Position numbers and translations under genes: made by a program
From: a virus
Virus record (IMG/VR): IMGVR_UViG_3300003873_000003
Location: 32,001-96,000 of that record
Length of the DNA stretch: 64,000 bases
Strand: one strand, 5' to 3'
Shown: positions 45,750 through 55,991 of the stretch, one piece after another
Numbering within the stretch: position 1 is the stretch's first letter
How the letters are laid out: each line of letters starts with the position of its first letter
The notes under the pieces: generated by a model
Database searches by the model: none
The model's input: the letters and a program-made list of their open reading frames with translations, nothing else
What the model was told of the DNA's origin: nothing

Positions 45750-46634
45750 GTGACTATGCACAAATGGGTGGCTGATTCGGAGCCTGAATTTTTAAGTGGT
45801 GGTAACATTGATGCAATCTTCGCTGTAAGTGTCTCTGTTGGCGTTGAGGGTCTTACTCGGCTCGGTCTGTTGATTCCTATGCTCGATGCGGTGATTTCGG
45901 GTGTCATAGAGAACCCTAGGCGTTGTGTGTCCCCGTTAGATAGGGCTGTGCTTCTGCGTAGATTACTTACTGTTGTAAATAAACCGCATACGTTTACATC
46001 GAGTGAGATAGTAGATTACCTGCTCTTGGAGCGCAGTATCTATTACAGAGCGATGGAGTACGCAAGCAAGAACGCAAAGCGGCTGACTTGCAGCAAAAGT
46101 GATTTATTCGTTGGTAAACGTCTAATTGAGAGTTCATACAAAACGAGTAGTGCGTTTCGGGAGCGGCTTATCCATAGCTACTCTAAACTCGCTGCAAAGC
46201 AAGCTCACTATGACTGTACTACATCGGGTCTCGACTTATCTGTTGAGGATGTTTTCATCAGTTACTTGCTTGCGGTGGGTAAGGCTATTGATAAATACAA
46301 TAGCACGAAAGGGGCTCTTGCTAGTTTTGTAGCTAACTGGATTACTGCGCACCGTAACGATGTAAGCCATGAGTATGGTATATCCTATGTTGTTCCTAAG
46401 GGGTATAAAGGGAAGGAGAGCAGTGGCAATAATCTAGCTACAGAGTACGACTGTACTAGCTACGACTTGAGCATCGACCCTTCTTTTCCTGACTCAAGTG
46501 CTGTAGCAGAGGTTGTTATGCGAGTTGACCCCTCAGGTGTACTCGCATTACTATACTCGGTTGATTTGTCCCCTTTAGGTTTTGAACCGAAAGGTGTAAA
46601 TGTTGTTCATGAAAAGAAAAATTTTGTTGAATAG
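45750..46634 (+). CDS. phage RNA polymerase sigma factor
   Basis: Region 2-like: LIHSYSKLAAKQA...VEDVF...AVGKAIDKYNSTKGALASFVANWI. Confidence 0.75.
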   Translation: MTMHKWVADSEPEFLSGGNIDAIFAVSVSVGVEGLTRLGLLIPMLDAVISGVIENPRRCVSPLDRAVLLRRLLTVVNKPHTFTSSEIVDYLLLERSIYYRAMEYASKNAKRLTCSKSDLFVGKRLIESSYKTSSAFRERLIHSYSKLAAKQAHYDCTTSGLDLSVEDVFISYLLAVGKAIDKYNSTKGALASFVANWITAHRNDVSHEYGISYVVPKGYKGKESSGNNLATEYDCTSYDLSIDPSFPDSSAVAEVVMRVDPSGVLALLYSVDLSPLGFEPKGVNVVHEKKNFVE

Positions 46635-46645
46635 GAGAAAGTGAT

Positions 46646-47878
46646 ATGGCTAAAGGTTGGGGTACTACAAAACCTCGTGTGAACGAGGATAGCAAACGGT
46701 TAGACCAGTTGGTAGATTTGATAGCTCTGCCTGATGATGAGTACGTGCAAGTACGGTTTGTGGGGGACATCTTTACGTTTTCCCAACATTGGATGGATAT
46801 TATCACAAAGCAAGGCAAAAAGACTTCAATCCCTAAGCTGTGCTTGAATTGGGACCCAGAAGAAGAAGAGTTTGCAGATAACGGTTGCCCTTACTGCGAA
46901 GCTCAAGGGAAAGGCGGGGCTATCAACTACCTTGCTAACGCTATCGTGCGTGACTTGCAGGATGCAGAACCTCGCAAGCCTGTAGCACCTAACGCAAAAG
47001 AGCGTAAGACAGGCATTAAAACTGTTGGTAGTAAGTCTTGGACACCTGTAAGGGTGGTACGTATCCCCGCAGGTGCAGCGAAGAAAGTTGTTGACTTGGC
47101 TGCGTTGAACCGTGTTAAGGGGGAGCCTGTTCCTATGAGCGACCCTAAGTACGGGTGTGACGTATCTATCAAGTACGACAGCAAGGCTTCGGGCGCAGAT
47201 AAGTATGCTGTTCAGAAAGGTGAGCGTACTGCTATCACCAAAGAAGAAACGGCGTACTTGGTGTATGACTTGGACGTGCAAGTGTTACCTTCCGTTGAGG
47301 ATAGCATCACAGAGTGTGAAAAGCTTATTAAAATGTCCCCTGACTTTGATGGCGATGACGATGGTGGTCGTAGTTCTGCTGGTCGTAAGAAGAAAGTGGG
47401 GTCTAAGACTAAACGTCAGAAGAAACGTGAGTTTGAAGAGGATGAACTCGATGGCGAAGACTTTGATGACGACCTTGACGGGGACGACATTGATGACGAT
47501 GCTGATTTCGATGATGACTTGGATGATGACGACCTCGATGAGGAAGACGAAGACCTTGATGATGACGACCTTGATGATGACTCCGATGATGACGATTTGG
47601 ATGACGACTCCGATGATGCTTTATATGATTTGGATGACGACTCCGATGATGCTTTATATGATTTGGACGATGATGACTCCGATGAGGATGACGATTTGGA
47701 TGACCTCGATGACTTTGACGAAGAAGAGGAAGAGGAAGACCCTAAGCCTGTTAAGAAAACTCGGCGTAGTGCGTCTAAGAAAGCACCTGCCAAGAAGAAG
47801 ACACGTTCTTCCGCCAAACCCGAAGAACGTAAACGCCGCCGCCGTGAACCCCGTAGTGGTCGTAAGTTGAGAGGATAA
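46646..47878 (+). CDS. single-stranded DNA-binding protein (gp32-like) with long acidic tract and basic tail
   Basis: VRF, HW, C...CPYC, YLANAIVRD, DPKYGCDV.IK, Y.V; lies directly upstream of recA. Confidence 0.75.
   Translation: MAKGWGTTKPRVNEDSKRLDQLVDLIALPDDEYVQVRFVGDIFTFSQHWMDIITKQGKKTSIPKLCLNWDPEEEEFADNGCPYCEAQGKGGAINYLANAIVRDLQDAEPRKPVAPNAKERKTGIKTVGSKSWTPVRVVRIPAGAAKKVVDLAALNRVKGEPVPMSDPKYGCDVSIKYDSKASGADKYAVQKGERTAITKEETAYLVYDLDVQVLPSVEDSITECEKLIKMSPDFDGDDDGGRSSAGRKKKVGSKTKRQKKREFEEDELDGEDFDDDLDGDDIDDDADFDDDLDDDDLDEEDEDLDDDDLDDDSDDDDLDDDSDDALYDLDDDSDDALYDLDDDDSDEDDDLDDLDDFDEEEEEEDPKPVKKTRRSASKKAPAKKKTRSSAKPEERKRRRREPRSGRKLRG
47594..47667. repeat. 33-nt tandem duplication encoding DLDDDSDDALY
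   Basis: Seen directly, within the GAY-rich low-complexity tract at ~47430-47740. Confidence 0.85.
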
Positions 47879-47908
47879 AATAAACCTTGTATGAGGTGTA
47901 AGAGCTTA

Positions 47909-47951
47909 AAAGGCTGTGTGGTGCTACTATTGTCCATGCAGCCTTTTTTTT
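47909..47951 (+). terminator. rho-independent terminator
   Basis: AAGGCTGTGTGG...CCATGCAGCCTT followed by a T-run. Confidence 0.75.
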
Positions 47952-47983
47952 GTTTACGTTAAGAATAGTTAGGAGTCTTTATC

Positions 47984-49411
47984 ATGGCAACAGAAAACAA
48001 AAGTGTTTCCCTAAGAGGTAGCACTCGTAAGAAAGCAACACCCCGCAAGAAATCTACTGGTGGTGATACGTCACCGAAGTTCGATTCTATGGCAGGCGAT
48101 GTTTTAGATGGGATTGAACGGCAGTTCGGTATCACGAGTTCACGAGCCACTTACGGGACTGCAATCTCCACAGGGATTTTGAATCTCGATTTAGCTATGG
48201 GCGGTGGTGTTATTGGTGGCGGTTGGTATACCTTCGCAGGGGTGGAGTCCGCAGGTAAATCCACGTCTGTGACTCATATTACGGCAGGTTTAGTGAGGGC
48301 AGGCATCCCGACAATCATCCATTGGGATGCAGAGGGTAGTGGCGGTGATGAATACGCAGCTTCCATTTACGGTGTTGACGATATGGGTGAGGTTTATGGC
48401 GAGCGTGATGCGGATGGCGTTTGGGAGAAAGACCCTAAAGTCCGTTACTATAGAAGTTCCAACCTTGAGCTTTTCTTTGATTTCTGTAGTAAGATGTTAC
48501 AGAACCTACCCGATAAAACCTACATGGCTTCCTCTAAGAAATGGTACTATGTCTACCCTCCTACAAGGGATAATAAGTCCAAGTATAAGGGGTCTTACGA
48601 TGCCAAGCTGTACAAAGAAACCAATCGACTGTTCATTGAAGCCGAAGATGGGAAGCCACAAGCGGTTATTATCCTAGATAGCTACCCCGCACTTCTACCT
48701 AGCGGCGTTGAAGAAGGTGATGATGCTGATAACAGTTTGGCTTTCTTGGCACGAGCATACTCCAAACATGTCCCCCGAGTCGCAGGTCGCCTAGCTCAAA
48801 AGCAAGTCACAGTCATTGGCGTGAACCAACTGCGTGAGAAGCCTATGGTTCGGTTCGGTAGCCCCTTCTATGAGGGTTGTGGTAACGCATTGAAGTTTGC
48901 TAGTGGTTGCCGCTTATGGTTACACACACGAGCCGTACCCCATGGAAAAGGACAGTTTGAAGAGGAGACCTCTGTTGAAGAAGAAGGGGGAGTAGATACT
49001 TACCGTTACACCTTAATCAAAGCCACAAAGAATAAATACGCTACTCCAAACATGGAAGGGTGGATGCGTATATGGGTTACTGATTCGCTTGGTGATGGTC
49101 GTGGCATCGACCCCGTGTATGATTGCTTCCAGTACCTGCAACGTACCAATCAGATTACAGGCGGCACAATGAATAAAATTCGTTTGGCTTTCGGGTCTTA
49201 CTCTGATGAGCCTTCTCGTGTCATACGCTGGCTTGACTTCAAGCGTCTTGTGTTATTCGATAAAGCTAATAACGTTAAGTCCCTCAAAGCCCTATGCGAG
49301 AGTTTGAAGATAAAGCCTATCAGAATCTATACGCTTTGCCAAAAGCAGATGGCATCAGGTGAAGGGTGGAGCTTGTTCTTCGAGGCGAACCTTGAGGGTG
49401 ATAAGAAATGA
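47984..49411 (+). CDS. recA: RecA/UvsX recombinase
   Basis: ISTGILNLDLAMGGG, GVESAGKST, DAE, ILDS, NQLREK, GNALKF, KNK. Confidence 0.92.
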   Translation: MATENKSVSLRGSTRKKATPRKKSTGGDTSPKFDSMAGDVLDGIERQFGITSSRATYGTAISTGILNLDLAMGGGVIGGGWYTFAGVESAGKSTSVTHITAGLVRAGIPTIIHWDAEGSGGDEYAASIYGVDDMGEVYGERDADGVWEKDPKVRYYRSSNLELFFDFCSKMLQNLPDKTYMASSKKWYYVYPPTRDNKSKYKGSYDAKLYKETNRLFIEAEDGKPQAVIILDSYPALLPSGVEEGDDADNSLAFLARAYSKHVPRVAGRLAQKQVTVIGVNQLREKPMVRFGSPFYEGCGNALKFASGCRLWLHTRAVPHGKGQFEEETSVEEEGGVDTYRYTLIKATKNKYATPNMEGWMRIWVTDSLGDGRGIDPVYDCFQYLQRTNQITGGTMNKIRLAFGSYSDEPSRVIRWLDFKRLVLFDKANNVKSLKALCESLKIKPIRIYTLCQKQMASGEGWSLFFEANLEGDKK

Positions 49412-50454
49412 CGGCGAAGCTTAGATTTGTTTTCTGTAGTGACTTCCATTTAGGGGCACTAAAGCAACACTTCGGCAAGCAGGCAACTTCCTACATACTC
49501 GATTGCTGTAAAAAGGCTTTCGAGTATGCTGTGGAAGAGGGTATGGATGTTGTTGTCATTGGGGGTGACATCGCAGACAAGCTTCCTCTTGCACAGGAAG
49601 ACTTGCTTGCTCTGATACGTCTTTTCCATTCTTTCCCTACGCTGCACTTTCATATTGATATGGGGAACCATGACTTCGATAGTGAGGATAACAATTCACT
49701 TACACTGCTAGAGTGGTTGGGTGAGGTGCAGCTAGTCCCCAACTGCACTGTGTACACAAGCCTCACCCTGACAGACATTGAGGGTATTCCTTTCTGTTTC
49801 GTTCCTCACCCGTTCACAGCGGCTATTGAGACAGATACACCCAAGATAAACGTAGGACACTTTGAAGTTCGGGGTGCAACTCGTGACAACGGCTCTGTGA
49901 ATAATAAGGGTGTTGAACTAGCTGACCTTTCTGATGATTACTGGTTGGTGGGTCACCTTCATACACATCAATACCACTACAAGAAGCGTATTGCGTATTG
50001 TGGGAGTCTATTTCAGAAGACCTTTGGGGAGAAACTTCCCAAGGGGTTTTTGGCATGTGAGGCGCACTTCAATGGGACTAAGCTTCGTATGCGTTCAATG
50101 TTTATTGAGTCAAAGCCTGCCATGTTTCTTCGCACTAAGTACGCTAAGTCGGAGGATGGGCTGCGTGTACGGAACGCTGCGAACGTCAGATACAGACTTT
50201 TCGTTGACGCTTCGGTAGAGGTTCCCGAATCCTACCTAGCGGATAATCCGTCTGTTACCTCGTTGGTGGTTGGTGAGAAGGAAGACTTGAAAGCAATCAA
50301 GGATTTCTCTGTTACTGTAGATACTGAAATACTAGGGGACGATTTAGCTACTATTGGTCTTGAAGATTACCTTGAAGCGCAAGGTCTCGATGAAACCCAT
50401 GTGGCTAGGTCTCTCGCTATTGTGGAGGATTATTTATGCCCACAGACATCGTAG
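49408..50454 (+). CDS. SbcD/Mre11/gp47-like metallophosphoesterase nuclease
   Basis: SDFHLG, GGDIAD, GNHD, GH, GHLH, YCGS. Confidence 0.92.
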   Translation: MTAKLRFVFCSDFHLGALKQHFGKQATSYILDCCKKAFEYAVEEGMDVVVIGGDIADKLPLAQEDLLALIRLFHSFPTLHFHIDMGNHDFDSEDNNSLTLLEWLGEVQLVPNCTVYTSLTLTDIEGIPFCFVPHPFTAAIETDTPKINVGHFEVRGATRDNGSVNNKGVELADLSDDYWLVGHLHTHQYHYKKRIAYCGSLFQKTFGEKLPKGFLACEAHFNGTKLRMRSMFIESKPAMFLRTKYAKSEDGLRVRNAANVRYRLFVDASVEVPESYLADNPSVTSLVVGEKEDLKAIKDFSVTVDTEILGDDLATIGLEDYLEAQGLDETHVARSLAIVEDYLCPQTS

Positions 50455-51329
50455 TTGGTGAGTTGCAGAATTATGTGCGAACAACCCACACTACCTATCG
50501 GCGTGGTTCGGGCTACTGGTTTGTAGCCTGTCCATTCCACAAGGAAAAAACACCGAGTTGCAAGGTGAATACAAAAGCCTCGACCAAGTACCATGTTGGT
50601 GACTTCAAGTGCTTCGGTTGTGGCATCCGTGGTGACTGGGGAGCATTTAGTGCAGAGGCTAACCTAAAGGGTATTTCCTTTGTTGAGAACTTTAGTGAGT
50701 ACGGTGCTGTTGGGAAGGTTAGCACTCGTGAGGTGACGGAGGAATACGACCCCGTTATGGCGTTTGACTGGAAGAAGAAGGATGGTGACTGGAGGGGGAT
50801 TCCTAATGATACCGTACGTGCTGTAGGTGGTAAAAAGGTATTCTCTGACTTCTTCAATGATACAGCCTTGTTTCTTCCTTGTAGTGTCAACGGTTCCGTT
50901 TTAGGAGGCATAACTTGCCGACTATCGAAGGGGGAGGGGCTATCTTACCTCAACACCAAGGGTATTTGGTCAAAGCGGTCACTTTACCCTTACGACCACA
51001 CTGCAAACATGGTTGAAGCTCTATCGTTAGACTATGCTGTGCTTGTTGAGGGACCTAGAGACGCATTAAGGCTTATCTCGTATGGTATACCTGCGGTGGC
51101 AGTGCTTGGGGTTGAGTCGTGGAGTTCCTTTAAGGCTGACTTGTTGTACGCTATGGGTATCTCTACCTTGGTAGTATTTTCTGATGGGGATAAAGCAGGC
51201 AACACGCTGTATAAGAAGGTTACAGCTTCTGTACTACTCCCTACCATAAAGGTGAAGGTTCAGTATGGCGAAGACCCTGGTAACTGTAAGGAGAGTAAGA
51301 TAAAGGCTATCAAGCGCAAGTTCGGTTGA
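50436..51329 (+). CDS. DNA primase (CHC2 Zn finger + TOPRIM)
   Basis: CPFHKEKTPS...FKCFGCG; LVEGPRD; DGDKAG; DPG. Confidence 0.9.
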   Translation: MPTDIVVGELQNYVRTTHTTYRRGSGYWFVACPFHKEKTPSCKVNTKASTKYHVGDFKCFGCGIRGDWGAFSAEANLKGISFVENFSEYGAVGKVSTREVTEEYDPVMAFDWKKKDGDWRGIPNDTVRAVGGKKVFSDFFNDTALFLPCSVNGSVLGGITCRLSKGEGLSYLNTKGIWSKRSLYPYDHTANMVEALSLDYAVLVEGPRDALRLISYGIPAVAVLGVESWSSFKADLLYAMGISTLVVFSDGDKAGNTLYKKVTASVLLPTIKVKVQYGEDPGNCKESKIKAIKRKFG

Positions 51330-51354
51330 TGTTACCCTATATTTTAGACAAATA

Positions 51355-51391
51355 AAAAGGCACGGTGTATTTGATTACACCGTGCCTTTTT
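51355..51391. terminator. bidirectional terminator between convergent genes
   Basis: AAAAGGCACGGTGTA...TACACCGTGCCTTTT. Confidence 0.85.
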
Positions 51392-51411
51392 ACGTTGTGG
51401 ACTTGGGTTTC

Positions 51412-51981
51412 TTACTTATCCTTTTTCTGGGCTAACGCCTGCATGTGTTCTGTTAGTTTGGAGCTTGAAGCTTTCTTAGCGACATATTCACAATCTTCTT
51501 TGGTCAACTGTGATTCGATGGTGCGAAGTTCATTAAAGCGTTCAACATCCGAGATGCCTTCACGTCCCATGATTTCGATTACCTGTGGTGCTATAGCCGC
51601 TAGAGGGTCTTCTTCTGATTTCGTCTGTTCAGACAGTGTACCAGTTGCAGCCATAGAACGCATACGTTCACGGACATTGGCATCTTCCGCCTTCCCTTCT
51701 TCCGATTCGAGAGTTTTAATAGCGGCTTCGGGCTTGATTAAAACAAGAGTACCGTTGAACACTGCTTGACGGAAGCTGTGCGATTTCAGTAACGCTCCTT
51801 TATCCACCTGTTCACTCAACTCGATTGGAATCCAAGTTTTTGGAATACGAATCGGGACCTGTGTGTTCTCACCCGATAAGACTGTCATACATACTGTACC
51901 GATTGGGTTAGTCCCGTTCACCACGAATACTCGGCGGCTGTTAGAAACTTCCATTTCGCTGAACTTCATTACACCTTCCAT
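51412..51981 (-). CDS. hypothetical protein
   Basis: GGAG RBS; upstream GTTAATTG motif. Confidence 0.75.
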   Translation of the reverse strand: MEGVMKFSEMEVSNSRRVFVVNGTNPIGTVCMTVLSGENTQVPIRIPKTWIPIELSEQVDKGALLKSHSFRQAVFNGTLVLIKPEAAIKTLESEEGKAEDANVRERMRSMAATGTLSEQTKSEEDPLAAIAPQVIEIMGREGISDVERFNELRTIESQLTKEDCEYVAKKASSSKLTEHMQALAQKKDK

Positions 51982-52084
51982 CTTTATTCTCCATTTAACC
52001 TTTTATATGTTACTTCTGCATACGTTGCTCATAGCAATTAACTAAAACGAACTACAAAAAAAAATCTCTACTCGTTAGACTTTT

Positions 52085-52687
52085 TCATTTTACTTCACCC
52101 CCCATCATGCTCTTTATGTTCTCGTATAGCATACTGCTTATACCTAGAACCTCGTAGGGAGTCCTTTCCGAGCCTACTTTGCGCAGCACGCTTTCATCTA
52201 GGAACAGCCTAGCCGCTAGTACCGCAGGGTCGTTCTCCGTATGTGAGCCACACAGCTTCATATTCCCTCTTGTTATGATTAGCTGTAGTTGCTTCCTTAT
52301 GTTCTCGCACTTGGTATCTGATTCGCATACAGTATGCTTTCTTCCGCAAGTTTCACACAGACCCCTGATGTCTATATATGAGTCGAGTTTCATAATATCA
52401 ATGACGGCAGTCAACTTATGGATGTTGGCGTTCGTATCGAGGGTGTGTGGCTCTACACCCCTAGCCTCTGCTATCTGTGCGATAGAGAAGTCTTCTGTTT
52501 CCGCCATGCTATCAAGTATACACGCAGGTGACGCTTTACCGCTGAACGCTACGTTAGCTGGGCACTCGGTTGTTTGGCATACGCCTATATACCTAACTTG
52601 TGAGTACAAACATGATTTCGTTACAGTCGTTGGTTCCGTGTTTTCCTCTTCTTTGAGCTGCTTGCTTTCTCCACGTCTCTTAGACAT
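52085..52687 (-). CDS. hypothetical Cys-rich protein
   Basis: GGAGG RBS; CxxC motifs. Confidence 0.7.
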   Translation of the reverse strand: MSKRRGESKQLKEEENTEPTTVTKSCLYSQVRYIGVCQTTECPANVAFSGKASPACILDSMAETEDFSIAQIAEARGVEPHTLDTNANIHKLTAVIDIMKLDSYIDIRGLCETCGRKHTVCESDTKCENIRKQLQLIITRGNMKLCGSHTENDPAVLAARLFLDESVLRKVGSERTPYEVLGISSMLYENIKSMMGGEVK

Positions 52688-53169
52688 CTATTAAAGTCCT
52701 CCCTCGTCTCTAGTATCTTAATGTTCAATTCTCTTTGTAAGCCATATATGCCGATTAGCGTAGCATCTAGCTCATGCGGGGTTACAGCGCACCTAGGGTA
52801 CGCCAGTTTCAATGAGCCATCGAACGTTCTCATTTGCTTGTTTGTGCTGTTCTTCCACACAGCCGCACTGAACAGCTTGGGGTTCATTGTGTACATAGAG
52901 CCAAGCATCAGGTTCACTTTCTCTAGGGCTGCCACCTTGCCTCCTCTGCTAACGTATCTCTCAACGAATATATGCTTCGCTTCGTAGGTGATACTCGACA
53001 TCTCACTAACGAACCCCGATAGCTTCATGTTCAAGTTCTTGTCGATTTTGTCCACAGGGTTAGACAATAAACCGCACTTCATAACTGTTAGCTCTCGTAG
53101 TGGTTGAACGTACCGCATGATTGAATACGCAAAGTTTACTGTCCCCGGGTCTAAACCTACAAAAATCAT
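52621..53169 (-). CDS. RuvC-like Holliday junction resolvase
   Basis: FVGLDPGTVNFAY, FVERY, WK, HELDA. Confidence 0.8.
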   Translation of the reverse strand: MIFVGLDPGTVNFAYSIMRYVQPLRELTVMKCGLLSNPVDKIDKNLNMKLSGFVSEMSSITYEAKHIFVERYVSRGGKVAALEKVNLMLGSMYTMNPKLFSAAVWKNSTNKQMRTFDGSLKLAYPRCAVTPHELDATLIGIYGLQRELNIKILETREDFNRCLRDVEKASSSKKRKTRNQRL

Positions 53170-53229
53170 ATCGTCCTCCTTTGTGCTGTGGCTGATACCT
53201 TAATTAACTTTAAGGAGGTAGCCTTCGTC

Positions 53230-54279
53230 ATGCTTATACCCAATAACAGTAAGAGTCCAGCGAAGCAACGTCTTGGTACTTTTGTTGATGCCGCTAACCA
53301 ACAATATCTCAACGCTATTGACGTTGAAGCCGTCCCAATAGCCATCTATAATAAGACACGCAGTAAGGGTTCAGAGTGTTCTTGTTACAAAGACCACTCA
53401 CTAGGCAAGCTGAAAGAGCAGCCTCCACAAACAGATGCGAATAAGACCCGAAGTTCACGTACTGTAACCTTGCGTAAGTTCTCGCACAACGGTCAGCCTG
53501 TAGCCGTTGACCAACCACTCCCTAGCAATGTTGACCCTTTGGCAGCACTCGATATACCTCCAGCCCCAGTTCCTGATGAACTTGCAGCAGGTCTTGTTGC
53601 TTTTAACAATGATGGTATCTACGGGGGTTCTACCACAAAGTGCTGCATTTGCTTTGGTACTGGTCATGTCGGCGGATACACGTATAAGAGCGGGCTTCGT
53701 CTTGTCATGGATGTTCAATCGGCTACCTTAACGGGTAATGGTTTGGATGATACTGTGCGACCGTTCTGCACTTATGACAATACGACAGCCACTTGGTCAT
53801 TTAGACGTCCCCAGTACTACTCCTCCGTTGACATACGTGTGTACAACAACGATAAGTTGTTGCCTGTTAAGCCTGTGTTCACAGAGAACGGTGTTGTGGT
53901 TGACTTGTTGAACCCCTTACATCCGCCTTCTGTAGCCTCTACTGTGTGTACAGTAACCTCGCAAACACCTTTTACACATTGTGTTCTACGGTTTGATTTC
54001 GCCCCAAGAGATATGGCGAGTATGGGTGCAGTTAATTACAACAAGGATGTACTCAATGAGAACGTGGGTGGTGAGGTGGAGATAGTGCTTCCCCCTTCAA
54101 TCTACGTTTACCCCGAAGATGTTATTGTTGATAACTTGAATCGTGGTTGGGAAGTGCAAGGTACAGATGAGCTACTTACTGCGCTGAACGTTTGTATAAA
54201 CAGGGTAGCCACATGTCGAATTTTGCAACCGTGGGCTACTCAAGTCGTCTTAAAGGATATGCCACTAAGTTGGCAGTAG
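53230..54279 (+). CDS. putative virion structural (neck/head-closure) protein
   Basis: CSC...CCICFGTGHVGGY; beta-rich; AAGGAGG RBS; in the head module. Confidence 0.5.
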   Translation: MLIPNNSKSPAKQRLGTFVDAANQQYLNAIDVEAVPIAIYNKTRSKGSECSCYKDHSLGKLKEQPPQTDANKTRSSRTVTLRKFSHNGQPVAVDQPLPSNVDPLAALDIPPAPVPDELAAGLVAFNNDGIYGGSTTKCCICFGTGHVGGYTYKSGLRLVMDVQSATLTGNGLDDTVRPFCTYDNTTATWSFRRPQYYSSVDIRVYNNDKLLPVKPVFTENGVVVDLLNPLHPPSVASTVCTVTSQTPFTHCVLRFDFAPRDMASMGAVNYNKDVLNENVGGEVEIVLPPSIYVYPEDVIVDNLNRGWEVQGTDELLTALNVCINRVATCRILQPWATQVVLKDMPLSWQ

Positions 54280-54288
54280 GAGATTAAA

Positions 54289-54903
54289 ATGGCGTTTCTT
54301 TATCGAGACCTTTCCCTCTTTGAGTTTGATGAAGATGGGATGAAAGAGCTTATGACAAGAGCCTCCGAGCTGCTTGAAGCTGTTGGCACGGGGCTTGTGC
54401 TTGCAGGAGTTACTAGCGGGGACTACCAAGAGACTTGTACAGCGACACTTACTGACGGTTCTGCTGAACCTCACCACTTGGTATTCGAGCGTGACCTTAG
54501 CGGCTTGAAGTTTGATACTGTAGGCAAGCTCCGAGCTGTCCGTGAGGAGTTTTTGAACTACTACAACGATGTGAATAACACAAAGAACTTGGATATGGTG
54601 TTGGCTTATATAAAAGAGCTGGAGGCAGCTATTGTGCGTCTGACTAAGTACATTCGCAACCTGCACCAAGGCGCACCTATCCATGATTCGTTTGCCCTCA
54701 GCTTAGTCCCTGAGGGTGGTTTCGTCCACCGCAAGATTGTCTGCAAGATTACTTTTGTTGATGTTCTTGTGTTCGAGTACACCTACTATCTTGATGACAT
54801 TGTTATCGTTATGCGTATGTGGGGTGACTTAATCTCAATCAACGGCATCGTGTGTACGAAACTCGGAGCTATAGCGACTATGAGGTCTATATGCAAAGCG
54901 TAA
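54289..54903 (+). CDS. hypothetical protein
   Basis: AGGAG RBS. Confidence 0.7.
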   Translation: MAFLYRDLSLFEFDEDGMKELMTRASELLEAVGTGLVLAGVTSGDYQETCTATLTDGSAEPHHLVFERDLSGLKFDTVGKLRAVREEFLNYYNDVNNTKNLDMVLAYIKELEAAIVRLTKYIRNLHQGAPIHDSFALSLVPEGGFVHRKIVCKITFVDVLVFEYTYYLDDIVIVMRMWGDLISINGIVCTKLGAIATMRSICKA

Positions 54904-55988
54904 TACGTGGTACAAACACCCTTTTCTTCACACAGTTTTATGACAGTAACGGGGCTCCACTAACCCCTGTAGCTGCACCTACGTTTACTATGTTTGATGC
55001 TACTGGCGCACCTGTAGCACAAGGCGTTGGGCAGCAAGATACCACTAACCCTGCTAGGTTTACAGCGGCGTTGACTGTACCTATCCAAGCACCACTCACG
55101 GTCGTTGGCTCTCCTTACAACATGATATGGTCTTTGCAGTCAACTACGGCTGCTGGGGTCGTTACGAACTACACCAACAAGGAAAGTTTCTACGTTGTTG
55201 ACCCTGTAGCTCCTGTTGCTAACCCTGTGGTTGTTGGCAACGCTGCTGCTACTGTATCTGTTACGCTACCTGCCTTACCTAAAGGTAGTCCTGTGTACTC
55301 AGTCTATGCTGGGGATGTACTGGTTACAACTGGTACTGTGACGCTATCGGCAGGTGTATCAACACCCACTGGTGTGCAGTACACGGCTACCATAGCCGCA
55401 GGCGTGCTTGCTCCATCCGCACAGCCGTATACTGTGCTATGGAGTATCCCCGGGGACGTTAATACCTATACCAATATGGTTAGCGTTCTATCTGTGTCGC
55501 AGTTTGCGCTGCTTAATCAGTTGCGAGATTTCATTGATAAAGCTCGCTTACAGGATGGGCTTACAACACTGGATTACACGGATGACAACTTACACAACTA
55601 CTTGAACCAAGGTCTCCAACTTCTTAATAGTTGGAATCCTCAAGTTACTGCATGGACTTACGGTACGTTACCAACAACAATGACAATGCCTTTGCTGTTT
55701 GCTGCCGCTTACTGTGGCTTGTCTGCGCAATACCTAGCAGAAGGCGTATCAGCGTTTGACTTTAGCGGTCAGCAAGTAACGCTTACTGTTAGCCGCATGG
55801 ACTCTATTGATGGTGCTTTGAGCCGAATCTCTGAATGGTTGGATACTAATTTAGAGAAGCAAAAGCGTCTTGTTGTTCGTGGCGGTCCCGTACACTTAGG
55901 TATTCAGTTGAACCAGCACACGAACGCTATATCTCGGTCTGTACCTGTTTTCCGTGGGGGTGTAACCCCTATAAGCCGCCGTTGGTAA
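54891..55988 (+). CDS. putative head-tail adaptor with N-terminal Ig-like beta domains
   Basis: T/V/P-rich beta region, then LRDFIDK...DYTDDNLHNYLNQGLQLLN helical adaptor-like region. Confidence 0.5.
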   Translation: MQSVIRGTNTLFFTQFYDSNGAPLTPVAAPTFTMFDATGAPVAQGVGQQDTTNPARFTAALTVPIQAPLTVVGSPYNMIWSLQSTTAAGVVTNYTNKESFYVVDPVAPVANPVVVGNAAATVSVTLPALPKGSPVYSVYAGDVLVTTGTVTLSAGVSTPTGVQYTATIAAGVLAPSAQPYTVLWSIPGDVNTYTNMVSVLSVSQFALLNQLRDFIDKARLQDGLTTLDYTDDNLHNYLNQGLQLLNSWNPQVTAWTYGTLPTTMTMPLLFAAAYCGLSAQYLAEGVSAFDFSGQQVTLTVSRMDSIDGALSRISEWLDTNLEKQKRLVVRGGPVHLGIQLNQHTNAISRSVPVFRGGVTPISRRW

Positions 55989-55991
55989 GTC

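Noticed and set aside
47430-47740. Possible CRISPR-like repeats
   Set aside because: In-frame coding repeats with no unique spacers
47157-47937. Long alternative-frame ORFs (47157..47870 +, 47416..47937 -)
   Set aside because: Shadows of the GAY/GAR low-complexity tract in the SSB gene
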